DNA of 64,000 nucleotides from Acidobacteriaceae bacterium (GTDB lineage Bacteria > Acidobacteriota > Terriglobia > Terriglobales > Acidobacteriaceae), in assembly GCA_030037545.1 (NCBI GenBank), contig JASHRF010000105.1, positions 264 to 64,263 of the forward strand, read 5' to 3'. Positions 1-10,088 of this stretch are shown here, piece by piece (the first letter of the stretch is position 1; every line of letters starts with the position of its first letter). Both the position numbers and the translations under genes were made by a program. The notes beneath the pieces were generated by a model that was not told where the DNA came from, did not search any database, and saw only the letters and a list, made by a program, of their open reading frames with translations.

Positions 1-35
1 AACAGGATGGCTGGTTTTTTGACGCGATTGCCCTG
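1..35. repeat. Right end of a MITE-like element, same family as 42933-43337; truncated by the window edge
   Basis: aacaggatggctggttttttgacgcgattgccctg closely matches 43302-43337 aacagaatggctggtttttgaagcgcgatcgccctg. Confidence 0.65.
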
Positions 36-91
36 GCCGGGGTCCGGAGCACCGGGAAGCACTTCTCTACTCTCGGTTAGAATTCGATTCG

Positions 92-1459
92 GTGACCCAA
101 CCGCCCCTGGACCTCGGGATCTCCCAACGGCCGAGACTTGCACCCAAGCTCGGCCTCTTCGACGCGACCATGATGGTCATGGGCGGCATTGTCGGCGCCG
201 GCGTCTTCATGAACCCTTACGTCGTCGCCCAGCAACTGCACTCTCCCGTGCTCATCCTCTCCGTCTGGCTTGCCGGCGGCGTCATCGCCATCCTCGGCTC
301 TTTCATCTATGCAGAGCTCGGAGCCCGCATTCCAGAGGTTGGCGGACAGTACGAATATCTTCGCCAGTCCCTCCACCCGGTCTTCGGATTCCTCTACGGA
401 TGGGCCCTCCTCCTTGTGATTCAGACCGGCGGCATGGCCGCCGTCGCCGTCACCTTTGCCCGCTACTTCCTTGAACTCACCGGCCTGCCTTACTCCGAAC
501 ATTGGGTCGTCGTCATCACCCTGGCCGTGCTCACCGCCGTGAACTGCCTCGGGGTCAAACCCGGCGGCCGCTTCCAGAGTGTGCTCATGGTGCTCAAGAT
601 CGCCGCCATCGCGGCGCTCATCGGCGCCGGCCTGTTCCTGGTCCGCGCACCCAAGCCCCTGCTTCACCCCGTCCTCGATCGTCCCGTCAGCTTCGACCTG
701 CTCACCGCATTGGGCGCGGCCATGGTCCCTGTTCTCTTTTCCTACGGAGGCTGGCAGACCACGAACTTCATCGCCAGCGAAATTCGCGACGCGCGCAAGA
801 ATCTGGGCCGCGCTTTGGTGATCGGTGTTGCGGCCGTGGTGGTGCTCTATGTCGCGGTGAACATCATCTGCCTCCGCGCCCTGGGAGTCACTGCGCTCGC
901 CCGCACCAGCATCCCGGCCAGTTCGGTCATGCAGATTGTGGCCGGCCAGCGCGGGGCGCGTCTCATCGCCTTCGGTATCGCAGTTTCGACGGTCGGCTTC
1001 CTCAGCCAGTCCGTGCTCACCGGGCCGCGCGTCTATTTCGCTATGGCTGAGGACGGCCTCTTCTTTCGCAGCGTGGCTTATCTCGCGCGCAAAACCCAGG
1101 TTCCCGTCGTTGCCATCGTGCTGCAGAGCGTGTGGACGGCCGTCATCGCGCTCAGCGGAAAATACGAACAGATCCTCAATTTCCAAGCTCCGATCGATTT
1201 CACCTTCTTCGGCCTGAGCGCCACCTGCCTGTTTGTCCTCCGCAGGCGCGATCGCAGCCGCCCCACCGGCAATGCCGGCTTTCGCTTCCCCGGCCATCCG
1301 TTCACGACTCTCATCTTCATCCTCTCGTGCTGGCTCATCGTCGCCAACGCCTTGTGGAAGTATCCTGGCAATAGCTCCATCGGATTTGTGATTATCCTTA
1401 TCGGATTACCGGTGTACGCGCTGTGGCAGCGGCGCCGGCTCAGGGAGGCAACGGAATGA
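92..1459 (+). CDS. APC-family amino acid permease
   Basis: ~12 TM segments; GGIVGAGVF, YAELGARIP-GG-Y-Y and FSYGGW motifs; GTG start. Confidence 0.92.
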   Translation: MTQPPLDLGISQRPRLAPKLGLFDATMMVMGGIVGAGVFMNPYVVAQQLHSPVLILSVWLAGGVIAILGSFIYAELGARIPEVGGQYEYLRQSLHPVFGFLYGWALLLVIQTGGMAAVAVTFARYFLELTGLPYSEHWVVVITLAVLTAVNCLGVKPGGRFQSVLMVLKIAAIAALIGAGLFLVRAPKPLLHPVLDRPVSFDLLTALGAAMVPVLFSYGGWQTTNFIASEIRDARKNLGRALVIGVAAVVVLYVAVNIICLRALGVTALARTSIPASSVMQIVAGQRGARLIAFGIAVSTVGFLSQSVLTGPRVYFAMAEDGLFFRSVAYLARKTQVPVVAIVLQSVWTAVIALSGKYEQILNFQAPIDFTFFGLSATCLFVLRRRDRSRPTGNAGFRFPGHPFTTLIFILSCWLIVANALWKYPGNSSIGFVIILIGLPVYALWQRRRLREATE

Positions 1460-2553
1460 GCAACGCGCGCGCCATCGCGTCCAGCTATCTGGAGTGGGCG
1501 AAACTCTACTCGCCGGCAAAATACAATCTTGCCACCAGCGGCATCATGAGTTTTCCGCTCGCGGAGCTGCACGTTTCGCCTGAGGATCTTGAAATCAACG
1601 GTCCCACGGTCTATGGCTACGAGCCGCTCCAGGAGCGTCTGGCGCGCAAGTGCCGTGTCACTCCGGATTGCGTTGTTGCCGCGGCCGGCACCGCCATGGC
1701 GAATCATCTGGCCATGGCAGCGCTCCTCGAACCGGGCGACGATGTCCTGATCGAGCAGCCAACCTATGGACCGATCCTGGAAGTGGCGTCGTATCTCGGC
1801 GCCAACATTCTCCGCTTCGAACGTCGCGCCGAGCAGGACTTTCAGATCGATCCCGGCGAAGTGGCGCGGCGCATCACGTCGAAAACCCGCCTCATCTGTG
1901 TGACGAATCTGCACAATCCGTCGGGTGCGCTTACCAGCGAAGAGACCCTGGCCCGGATCGGCGAGATCGCGCGGAACCGCGGCTCGCAGGTGCTCGTCGA
2001 CGAAGTCTATCTCGACATGGCTTACGGCCAGCCGGTACGCTCGTCGTTCCATCTCGGCAGCAATTTCGTGGTTACCACCAGTCTTACCAAGGCCTACGGT
2101 TTAAGCGGCCTCCGTTGCGGCTGGATTCTGGCGCAGCCTGACCTTGCCAGGCGCATGTGGCGGCTCAACGACCTCTTCGCAGCCAGCCCCGTTCATCCTG
2201 GCGAACTGCTCGCCGTGGTGGCCCTCGATCACCTGAACAAAATCGATGCGCGTGCCCGCGCGCTCCTCGAAACCAACCGCCAAGCCCTGGATGCGTTCTT
2301 CAGCGGCCGCAGCGATCTCGACGGCTTCCGTAGCGCCTGGGGCACGGTGAGTTTTCCGCGCTTGAAAAACGGCTCTGTCGATGAGTTCTGCGGGTTCCTG
2401 CGCGCCCGCTACGAAACCAGCGTGGTGCCAGGACGGTTCTTCGAGATGCCCGACCATTTCCGCATCGGCATCGGCGGCGATCCTGCCATGACCGGCGAGG
2501 CATTGAAGCGTTTGGGCGCGGCGCTGGACGATTGGGGAACAATCCCATCATGA
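1456..2553 (+). CDS. PLP-dependent aminotransferase, class I/II
   Basis: NLHNPSG, DEVY and [15 protein letters not shown] motifs; ATGA overlap with the permease stop. Confidence 0.92.
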   Translation: MSNARAIASSYLEWAKLYSPAKYNLATSGIMSFPLAELHVSPEDLEINGPTVYGYEPLQERLARKCRVTPDCVVAAAGTAMANHLAMAALLEPGDDVLIEQPTYGPILEVASYLGANILRFERRAEQDFQIDPGEVARRITSKTRLICVTNLHNPSGALTSEETLARIGEIARNRGSQVLVDEVYLDMAYGQPVRSSFHLGSNFVVTTSLTKAYGLSGLRCGWILAQPDLARRMWRLNDLFAASPVHPGELLAVVALDHLNKIDARARALLETNRQALDAFFSGRSDLDGFRSAWGTVSFPRLKNGSVDEFCGFLRARYETSVVPGRFFEMPDHFRIGIGGDPAMTGEALKRLGAALDDWGTIPS

Positions 2554-3461
2554 CCCCGGCGCCTCGCGTCCGCATCGGCATTGACTGGGGCGGCACCAAG
2601 ATCGAGGCGCTGGCCATGGACGCCGATGGCTGCGAACTCCGCCGTGTCCGCGTCCCCACGCCGCGACACGATTACGAGGGCTCCATCCGCGCGGCTGCGG
2701 AGCTGGTCGCATCCATCGAGTGCGAAGTCGGACGCACCGGCCCCGTTGGCGTCGGCATTCCCGGCACGGTAGTGCCCGCCACCGGCCTGGTGAAAAATGC
2801 CAACTCCACCTGGCTTAACGGACGGCCGCTCGAGAAGGATTTGTCGGCCGCGCTGGGCCGCGCGGTGCGCTGCGTCAACGACGCCAATTGCCTTGCCGTC
2901 TCTGAAGCCGTCGATGGCGCGGCGGCCGGCCAGGCGGTCGTCTTCGCGGTGATTCTCGGCACCGGCTGCGGCGGGGGCATCGCCCTCGATGGCCGAATGC
3001 ACTGCGGCTCCAACGGCCTGGCCGGAGAATGGGGCCACAATCCGCTCCCCTGGCAGCGCCCCGACGAATATCCCGGCGACCCGTGCTACTGCGGCCAGCG
3101 AGGCTGCATTGAGCGATGGCTTTCGGGTCCGGCACTCGAAGAGGATTACCGCCGCGCCTCGGGATGCGCGCTTCCCGGGTCCAAAATCGTTTCCGCAGCC
3201 GAGGCAGGCGAAGCACATGCCATGGCCGCGCTGGAGCGATACGAGGATCGCCTGGCTCGCGCGCTCGCCCAGGTGGTCAACCTGCTGGATCCCGACATCG
3301 TGGTGCTGGGCGGCGGCCTCTCCCGCATCGAGCGCCTCTATCGGTACGTGCAGCCAAAGATCGCCAACTGGGCCTTTGGCAAATCCGCGGCCACCTTGCT
3401 GGTTCCCGCGAAGCATGGCGATTCCAGCGGCGTCCGCGGCGCGGCCCGCCTGTGGCCATGA
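2550..3461 (+). CDS. ROK-family sugar kinase (Mak/fructokinase-like)
   Basis: [29 protein letters not shown] and [10 protein letters not shown] Zn motif; ATGA overlap. Confidence 0.92.
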   Translation: MTPAPRVRIGIDWGGTKIEALAMDADGCELRRVRVPTPRHDYEGSIRAAAELVASIECEVGRTGPVGVGIPGTVVPATGLVKNANSTWLNGRPLEKDLSAALGRAVRCVNDANCLAVSEAVDGAAAGQAVVFAVILGTGCGGGIALDGRMHCGSNGLAGEWGHNPLPWQRPDEYPGDPCYCGQRGCIERWLSGPALEEDYRRASGCALPGSKIVSAAEAGEAHAMAALERYEDRLARALAQVVNLLDPDIVVLGGGLSRIERLYRYVQPKIANWAFGKSAATLLVPAKHGDSSGVRGAARLWP

Positions 3462-3599
3462 TGGGCACATCCCGTGGCGACCGCCGTGCGCAAAGCCGGT
3501 CAGCCTGAACTCCACGCCCCGTATAGTGAAAAATTCCGGCCGTGTGGCCGTCCAGGGGGAAATTATGAGAACAACCAGATACCACGCAGCGTTTAAAGA

Positions 3600-6500
3600 T
3601 TATCGCGTCATCGCGTAGCGGACCTGCTCTTCGATGGCGGAGATTTCGAGGGGTTTGCGATTGGCGCGGATCAGGGCCAGATTGAGGGCGGCGAGGTCAA
3701 CCGATTTGAAACGCTGCCACGCGGCAACGTCCGCGTGCGCGACCTGGCTCATCTGTTTGAAGATTTCCAGCGCCTGCTCAGGAGCCGGGCGATGGCCGCT
3801 CTCAACCATGTCCAAAGCCGCGGCCAGGCCGGAATTGGCCTGGGCGAGACCGGCAGTTTCGGCGCCGCTCTGCTCGTCCGCACCTTTGCCGCCGCGAATC
3901 TCTTCGAGGTGTGCGAGAGCAGCGTGGATGGAGCGTTCGAGATCGGGCGGATTGGCAGCGCCGGGCGCGTCGAGTTTCTTCAACTGGCTGGCTACACTCT
4001 CGACCTCGGCCATGGCTTTGCGGGTCAGGAGCGTTTGCTTGTAGATGGAGCTGGCCAGGGAGAATTGCCGGTCGAGGACCTGCGCCGTTGCCGCAACGCG
4101 TGGGTCCATGATGACGCGCAGAGGACGATCGAACTGGACGCCATCGGTGGTGAGGCGCAGCGTGTAATTGCCCGGCGGCACGCGCGGGCCGGTCGGAACG
4201 GCCGATTCGTCGTCATCATCGATCAGCGATGAGCCGGCGCCCCAGGCCGAGAGATCCCATATAAAACGATGCTCGCCGGCGCTGGTTTCGAGAACCTGCG
4301 GCTTGGGGAACCAGCGCTCCGCGATGGGCAGGAGCGGGCGCTTGACGGTGGTTTTGTCGGCACTGGAATAATGGCGCAGCACGCGGCCCTGCGCGTCGAG
4401 CACGGCAAGCGTAACCGCCGTCGCGGTTACGGGAAGGTAGTAATCGACGATGGCGCCGTCGGGCGCATTAGCAGCCTGCGGTTCTTCCGGCGGCAGAGGC
4501 GTGCCGAGAAAACTGTCGTTATCCACACGCACTGCCGGGGGCGGAGCATACAGATAAGCACGCGCGGTTTCGACTTGAGCGGCCTGGCGAAGCGGAGCGA
4601 TGTCATCGAGCACCCAGAAGGAACGGCCGTGCGTGGCGACGATGAGATCGCTTCCGTTGATGTTCAGATCGCGCATCGAGGAGACCGGCAGGTTGAGGTC
4701 GAGGGACTGCCAGTTCCGGCCGGCGTCGAAGGAGACGTAGACGCCGAACTCCGTGCCCGCGAAGAGCAGGTTACGCTGGACAGGGTCTTCGCGCACGGCA
4801 CGGAGAAAGTGAGTAGGCGCGATGCCGTTGACGGAGAGTTGCCAGGTCTTGCCATAATCGCGCGTGATGTAAAGGTAAGGCTTCTGGTCGTCGAGGCGAT
4901 GACGGTCGACGGCCGCGTACGCGACCGCGGGATCGAAGTGGGAAGCTTCAATGAGTGAGATTTTGCTCCACGGCGTGAGTCCGGGCGGAGTAACATCGCG
5001 CCAGGTTTTGCCGCCGTCGGTGGTCAAGTGAATCAGACCGGTATCAGAACCGGCCCAGATCTGCTGCGCATTGAGCGGCGAGGGCGCGATGGTGTAGACA
5101 ACGCCGTACCCGCGCTGCTCGGCGTTATCAACGGCGAGCGGTCCCTGATGTTCCTGAGCGCTGCCGGCAACAGCGACGGCGCCGGTAAGGTCGGGGCTGA
5201 TTTGCGTCCAGTGGAGGCCACCGTCGGTAGTCTTCAGCACGTATTGCGTGCCCAGGTAGAGCGAGTTCTTGCCGACGGGCGAGAAGACCAGCACCGGCGT
5301 CCACGGGTCGCGATATCGGCGCTTGTTGATGGAGACGTCGAAGCCGCCGAGAGGCCACGGAGTGATCTCCTGGCTGAAAGAGGTGCGGCGATCGAAGCGC
5401 ATGACGCCGCCATAGGTGTCGGAAAGATAGATGATGTTTTCATCATCAGGATCGAGGGCGATGTAGCCACTCTCGCTGCCGCCGGGGAGAAACCAATCGC
5501 GCGTGTCTATGTATCCGTGGTCGGAGCGGCTGTGCACGGCAATGGCGCCGCTATCCTGCTGCGCTCCGTAGATGGTGTAAGGAAAACTGTGGTCGGTGAT
5601 GACGTGATATAGCTGCGCCGTGGGCTGGTTATACCAGGTGGTCCATGTTTTGCCGCGATCCAGGCTGATAGATGCGCCCTGATCGACACCGAGCGCGAGA
5701 TGGGAGGGATTCTGCGGGTCGATCCAGACTTGGTGATAGTCGTCGCCGCCGGGCGCGCCGCGCACAATCTCGATGGTCTTGCCGCCGTCCGGAGTGCGGT
5801 AGAGAGCGACGTTGGGAATATAGAGAACATCGGGATCGGTGGGATCGATGGCCAGCGAACTGAAGTACCATGCGCGGCTGGTGAGGCGCGGGTCGGTGCT
5901 CATGAGCGTCCAGGTGGCGCCAGAGTCGTCGGAGCGATAAAGGCCGGAGTGGCCGGGACAGTCGATGGTGGCATAGACGCGGAGGCCATCGGCGCCGACC
6001 GCGATGCCGGTGCGGCCCCACGCGCCATCGGGCAGACCATGGCCGGAGACTTCGGACCAGTGCTCGCCGCCGTCGATGGACTTGTAGAGACCGTTACCCT
6101 GGCCCTCCAAAGGCCCATAGACGCTCCACGGCGGTCGATGCGCATTCCACGTTGCGGCAAAGAGAATTTGGGGCTGGCCGGCAGCCATGGCGAGATCTGC
6201 GATGCCGACATCGGGGCCTTTATCGAGCACGCGCCGCCAGTGGTCACCGGCGTCGGTTGACTTGTACACGCCGCGCTCGTCGCTGGGTGCGTAGGCGTGG
6301 CCGAGCACACCCACATATACGGTGCGCGGGTCATGCGGATCGACGAGAATGCGGCTGATTTGGCGCGAGTCGTCGAGGCCGACGTGGGTCCACGTCTGGC
6401 CGCCATCGACACTGCGATAGACGCCGTCGCCGGAAGCCAGATCGGAGCGGATATCGGATTCGCCGGTGCCGGCGTAGATCACGCGCGGATCGGATGGAGC

Positions 6501-6815
6501 CACGGCGAGCGCGCCAATAGAGGCGACGGGCTCGTGATCGAAGATGGGTTGCCAAACCGTGCCGGCATCGGTGGTTTTCCACACGCCGCCATCGACGCCG
6601 CCGAAAAAGAAGGTGTTGCCGCCGCCGGGTACGCCGCTGACGGCGACCACGCGGCCGGCGCGAAACGGGCCGACGAGGCGCCAGTGCAGGCCGTTGAAGA
6701 GCTGCGGGGAGACCTGCTGCGCGGATACGCAAAGCGTAGCGCCGGCGGCGAACACGAGCGCGGTTGAGCTCAGAAAAGAGAGACGGCGCGAAGGGAAGCG
6801 GCCAAAAGAGATCAT
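3600..6815 (-). CDS. Secreted VPS10/BNR-repeat beta-propeller protein (putative glycosyl hydrolase)
   Basis: Signal peptide; WRLVGPFRAGRV N-terminus; many S/TxDGGxTW Asp-box repeats; VATHGRSFWVLDD. Confidence 0.88.
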   Translation of the reverse strand: MISFGRFPSRRLSFLSSTALVFAAGATLCVSAQQVSPQLFNGLHWRLVGPFRAGRVVAVSGVPGGGNTFFFGGVDGGVWKTTDAGTVWQPIFDHEPVASIGALAVAPSDPRVIYAGTGESDIRSDLASGDGVYRSVDGGQTWTHVGLDDSRQISRILVDPHDPRTVYVGVLGHAYAPSDERGVYKSTDAGDHWRRVLDKGPDVGIADLAMAAGQPQILFAATWNAHRPPWSVYGPLEGQGNGLYKSIDGGEHWSEVSGHGLPDGAWGRTGIAVGADGLRVYATIDCPGHSGLYRSDDSGATWTLMSTDPRLTSRAWYFSSLAIDPTDPDVLYIPNVALYRTPDGGKTIEIVRGAPGGDDYHQVWIDPQNPSHLALGVDQGASISLDRGKTWTTWYNQPTAQLYHVITDHSFPYTIYGAQQDSGAIAVHSRSDHGYIDTRDWFLPGGSESGYIALDPDDENIIYLSDTYGGVMRFDRRTSFSQEITPWPLGGFDVSINKRRYRDPWTPVLVFSPVGKNSLYLGTQYVLKTTDGGLHWTQISPDLTGAVAVAGSAQEHQGPLAVDNAEQRGYGVVYTIAPSPLNAQQIWAGSDTGLIHLTTDGGKTWRDVTPPGLTPWSKISLIEASHFDPAVAYAAVDRHRLDDQKPYLYITRDYGKTWQLSVNGIAPTHFLRAVREDPVQRNLLFAGTEFGVYVSFDAGRNWQSLDLNLPVSSMRDLNINGSDLIVATHGRSFWVLDDIAPLRQAAQVETARAYLYAPPPAVRVDNDSFLGTPLPPEEPQAANAPDGAIVDYYLPVTATAVTLAVLDAQGRVLRHYSSADKTTVKRPLLPIAERWFPKPQVLETSAGEHRFIWDLSAWGAGSSLIDDDDESAVPTGPRVPPGNYTLRLTTDGVQFDRPLRVIMDPRVAATAQVLDRQFSLASSIYKQTLLTRKAMAEVESVASQLKKLDAPGAANPPDLERSIHAALAHLEEIRGGKGADEQSGAETAGLAQANSGLAAALDMVESGHRPAPEQALEIFKQMSQVAHADVAAWQRFKSVDLAALNLALIRANRKPLEISAIEEQVRYAMTR

Positions 6816-6923
6816 CGTTGATTCGATTTTGAATCGGAGGGGTCGGAATGAGCAAGAGAATTAAGCTATGAGTGAAGGGGTGGTGTGGCACGAATGGGAG
6901 AAATCGGCGATCCTGAAATCATT

Positions 6924-9900
6924 ATGCGATTTTCAATTGGACGGCGAATTGGCCTCTTGATTCCAATTATGCTGGCTGCAGCGGCCTATCCAGCGGGTGC
7001 GCAGAGCCCGGATACCGGCGCTCTGCGCGGTACTGTCCTAGACCCCAGCGGCTCCCCGCTAGCCGGCGTAACCCTCACCATTGAAGACGCGCAGCATCAT
7101 ATCCTGCGCACGGTGCGCAGCGACGCGCAGGGCGCCTTCGCTGCTGAAGCGCTGCCCGCTGCGCAGCCGCTCGTGGTCGAGGCGTCGGCCTCCGGATTTG
7201 CCAATGCCGAATCGTCGCCGATGACCATCGTCGGCGGCTCGACGGCCAGCCTGCAGCTCCGCATGGCCCTGGCCAGCATTCACGCTCAGGTGGTTGTCAC
7301 CGGCGCGGCCGGCGAAGTCCGCACCGACGAGCCCCAGCTCGGCGACACCCTCACCGCCGCGCAGATGCAGGCCACGCCGCTCCTCAACCGCCGCATCACA
7401 TATCTTCCCCTGCTCAACGCCGCCAACCGCCAGGCCATCAACCAGGGCGACATCTTCATGAACCAGGATCTCATTACCGCCAACGGCACCGGCCGCCGTC
7501 AGACCTGGTTCGAGGTCGACGGCGCCAACGCCGACGATATGTGGGCGCGCCAGACGATCTTCACCAACGTCCCCATCGACGCCATCGCCGAAATGACCGT
7601 CCTCGACAACGCCTTCGCCGCCGATTACGGCTTCGGCGAGGGCGCGGTCGTCAACATCGTCTCCCGCATCGGCGGCGCGCAACTGCACGGCGACCTCCTC
7701 GGTCTCTGGCGGCCCTCCGCGCCGGAAGGGAAACTCTCCGGCTTCTCCACCTCCACGGCCACCAGCGGCAACGACATCGTCAATGACACCCTCGATCAGG
7801 GCGCGGCCACTGCCTCCGGCCCGCTCACCCATTCTGCCCGCACCGTCTTCCTCGCCTCCTGCGAATACAGCTATCAGGACCGTGCCTCGCCGGTCATTTC
7901 CCCGCTCGCGCCGGGAAACTTTGTCGGCCACTATCGCGATCTCCTCGGCTTCCTGCGCTTCGACCGCACCCTTTCCGATAACCAGCGCGTCTTCCTGCAC
8001 CTGGGCTCCGACGGCTTTTTCGACACCAACCCCAATGGCATCGTCGGAGGCAACACACTGCCCAGTGTTGACCGCATCTTCCACCGCCGCACCTACACCG
8101 CCGAAGCCGGCCATGCCATCGCGCTCGGCTCCAACGCCGTCAACGAAGCCCGTCTGCAGTTCCAGCTCGCCTCACCCATCACACAGTTCACGCCCGTGAT
8201 CAACGGCACCGAGTTCGAAGTGCCCATCTCTACCGGCGGCACCTTCGAGTCCGGAACCTCGCAGTCGGCGCTGCTCATGAATCATCAGTACGAGATCGCG
8301 GACAACTTCACCCTGGCCCGCGGCCGCAACGAGCTGCGCCTCGGCTTCGACGTCATCCACGCACGCAATGGCGGCAACAGCAAGGAATTTGGCGGTCCCA
8401 TCTACGACGGCGAATTCATCTACAATGCATGCGCGCCACCCAGTGGCCAGACTATGACCGCCTCCCAACTCCTCGCCTACTGCGAAAGCTCCACGTATCT
8501 CGACAACCTCTCCAACGTCGCCAGCTACACGCAGAGCTACGGCAACGCCAACTACGTTGTCGACGACACGCTCGCCGCTGCCTTTGCCCAGTGGGACGAG
8601 CACCCCACCAAAGACCTCACCCTCAATCTCGGCCTGCGTTACGAGGTGCAGACCTTCACCGACGCCCGCAACAACTGGTCTCCGCGCATCGGCTTCGCGT
8701 ATAACCTCTTCGGCCGCGGCACCACCACCATCCGCGGCGGCTTTGGCATCTACTACTCGCAGATCATCGACGACTCCGAGGCCAATTACGCGCTCACCGG
8801 TCCCACCGGCGTCTTCAACTACACCGCTGCGCCCGGCGAGGTTGGCTTCCCCGCCAGCGTCTCAGCTGTCCCGTTGCCTGCATTTCCTTCCGGAGCGGTC
8901 GCGCCGTTGCGCAGCCTGTATCTGCGTCCCGGCCGCGCTGCCTACTACAACCAGTTCTTCCCCACCGATACGCTGCTCGGCTATCCCAGCGAGCTGACGA
9001 ATCCCTATAACGAGCAGTGGACCCTGGGAGTCGAGCACCAGCTCGCACCTTCCTGGGTTCTGGCTACCGATTACGTCGGCTCGCACACCCTCGGCATCGT
9101 GCGTCCGCTCGACGTCGATCCGCCCACGTCGTTCATTCGCACAGCTCCCGATGAGACCCGCACGGCGCAGGCCGCCAACTGCACCCGCCCCTACTGGAAC
9201 GCGTGGTACGCGCAGGAGGATTTGACCTGCGATTCCTCAAGCAACCAGGGCAAACCTACGAGTGTTCCCAGTCCTCCTTATTCCGTCATCCAGAGCGACG
9301 TCAACGACGGCATGGCCTGGTATGACGCTCTCGACGTGAACCTCAGCCACCACGCCCACAACGGCTCTGCGCTGCTTGCCAGCTACGTCTGGTCGCACAC
9401 GCTCGACACCGTCGACCAGGACACCACCAGCCAGAACCCCAACGACCCGCGCCTCACCGGCCGCCAGTACGAGCTGGGCAACGCTATCTTCGACCAGCGC
9501 AATCGTCTCGTCCTTAGCGGCGTCTACGCCGCGCCCTTCGGATTCACCACCGGCGGCGTGGCCACCCTGGCCGGCGGATTGCCGTACAACTACGTAACCG
9601 GCGTAACCAACAGCGGCGACACGGGAGCGACCACTGACCGTCCCGTCATCAACGGCGCCGTCGTCGGCCGCGACACCGGCCGCGGCACGCCTATCTATTC
9701 GGTCGATCCGTTCATCGGCAAGACCATCCCTCTGGGCACGGAGCGCGTTCACGCGCTACTCCGTGCAGAAGCCTTCAACGTCCTGAACCATCGTAACGTG
9801 ATCGGCTTTGACGGAACCTGGGGCGACGGCGCAACCCCGGAGCTCGGTTTCGGCACGCCGGATGCCGGAATCACCAATCAGCTTCCCGCCCGCGAAATGC

Positions 9901-9926
9901 AGTTTTCCGCGAAGATAGAATTCTAA
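6924..9926 (+). CDS. TonB-dependent receptor (Oar-like) with N-terminal carboxypeptidase-regulatory-like domain
   Basis: Signal peptide; GTVLDPSG, LTLNLGLRYE, SPRIGFAY and RAEAFNVLNH; C-terminal Phe (KIEF). Confidence 0.92.
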   Translation: MRFSIGRRIGLLIPIMLAAAAYPAGAQSPDTGALRGTVLDPSGSPLAGVTLTIEDAQHHILRTVRSDAQGAFAAEALPAAQPLVVEASASGFANAESSPMTIVGGSTASLQLRMALASIHAQVVVTGAAGEVRTDEPQLGDTLTAAQMQATPLLNRRITYLPLLNAANRQAINQGDIFMNQDLITANGTGRRQTWFEVDGANADDMWARQTIFTNVPIDAIAEMTVLDNAFAADYGFGEGAVVNIVSRIGGAQLHGDLLGLWRPSAPEGKLSGFSTSTATSGNDIVNDTLDQGAATASGPLTHSARTVFLASCEYSYQDRASPVISPLAPGNFVGHYRDLLGFLRFDRTLSDNQRVFLHLGSDGFFDTNPNGIVGGNTLPSVDRIFHRRTYTAEAGHAIALGSNAVNEARLQFQLASPITQFTPVINGTEFEVPISTGGTFESGTSQSALLMNHQYEIADNFTLARGRNELRLGFDVIHARNGGNSKEFGGPIYDGEFIYNACAPPSGQTMTASQLLAYCESSTYLDNLSNVASYTQSYGNANYVVDDTLAAAFAQWDEHPTKDLTLNLGLRYEVQTFTDARNNWSPRIGFAYNLFGRGTTTIRGGFGIYYSQIIDDSEANYALTGPTGVFNYTAAPGEVGFPASVSAVPLPAFPSGAVAPLRSLYLRPGRAAYYNQFFPTDTLLGYPSELTNPYNEQWTLGVEHQLAPSWVLATDYVGSHTLGIVRPLDVDPPTSFIRTAPDETRTAQAANCTRPYWNAWYAQEDLTCDSSSNQGKPTSVPSPPYSVIQSDVNDGMAWYDALDVNLSHHAHNGSALLASYVWSHTLDTVDQDTTSQNPNDPRLTGRQYELGNAIFDQRNRLVLSGVYAAPFGFTTGGVATLAGGLPYNYVTGVTNSGDTGATTDRPVINGAVVGRDTGRGTPIYSVDPFIGKTIPLGTERVHALLRAEAFNVLNHRNVIGFDGTWGDGATPELGFGTPDAGITNQLPAREMQFSAKIEF

Positions 9927-9968
9927 GTAGCTGGCCGCAAGGTTATGTTCCTTGCGACCATGCCTTCT

Positions 9969-9999
9969 CAGGTCTCAGATATCGAGACCTGGGGCACCC
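9969..9999. repeat. REP-like palindrome (GGGTGCCCCA-hairpin family, read on the minus strand)
   Basis: caggtctc-agatatc-gagacctg hairpin followed by gggcaccc; related copy at 13319-13390. Confidence 0.75.
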
Positions 10000-10088
10000 T
10001 CATCGGTGCAAGATCGAGCGGTCAAAGACGTAGTTAGGTTTCCCGCGGACTTCCTCAACGAAAGAAAATTCATTCGAGGTCAAACATC

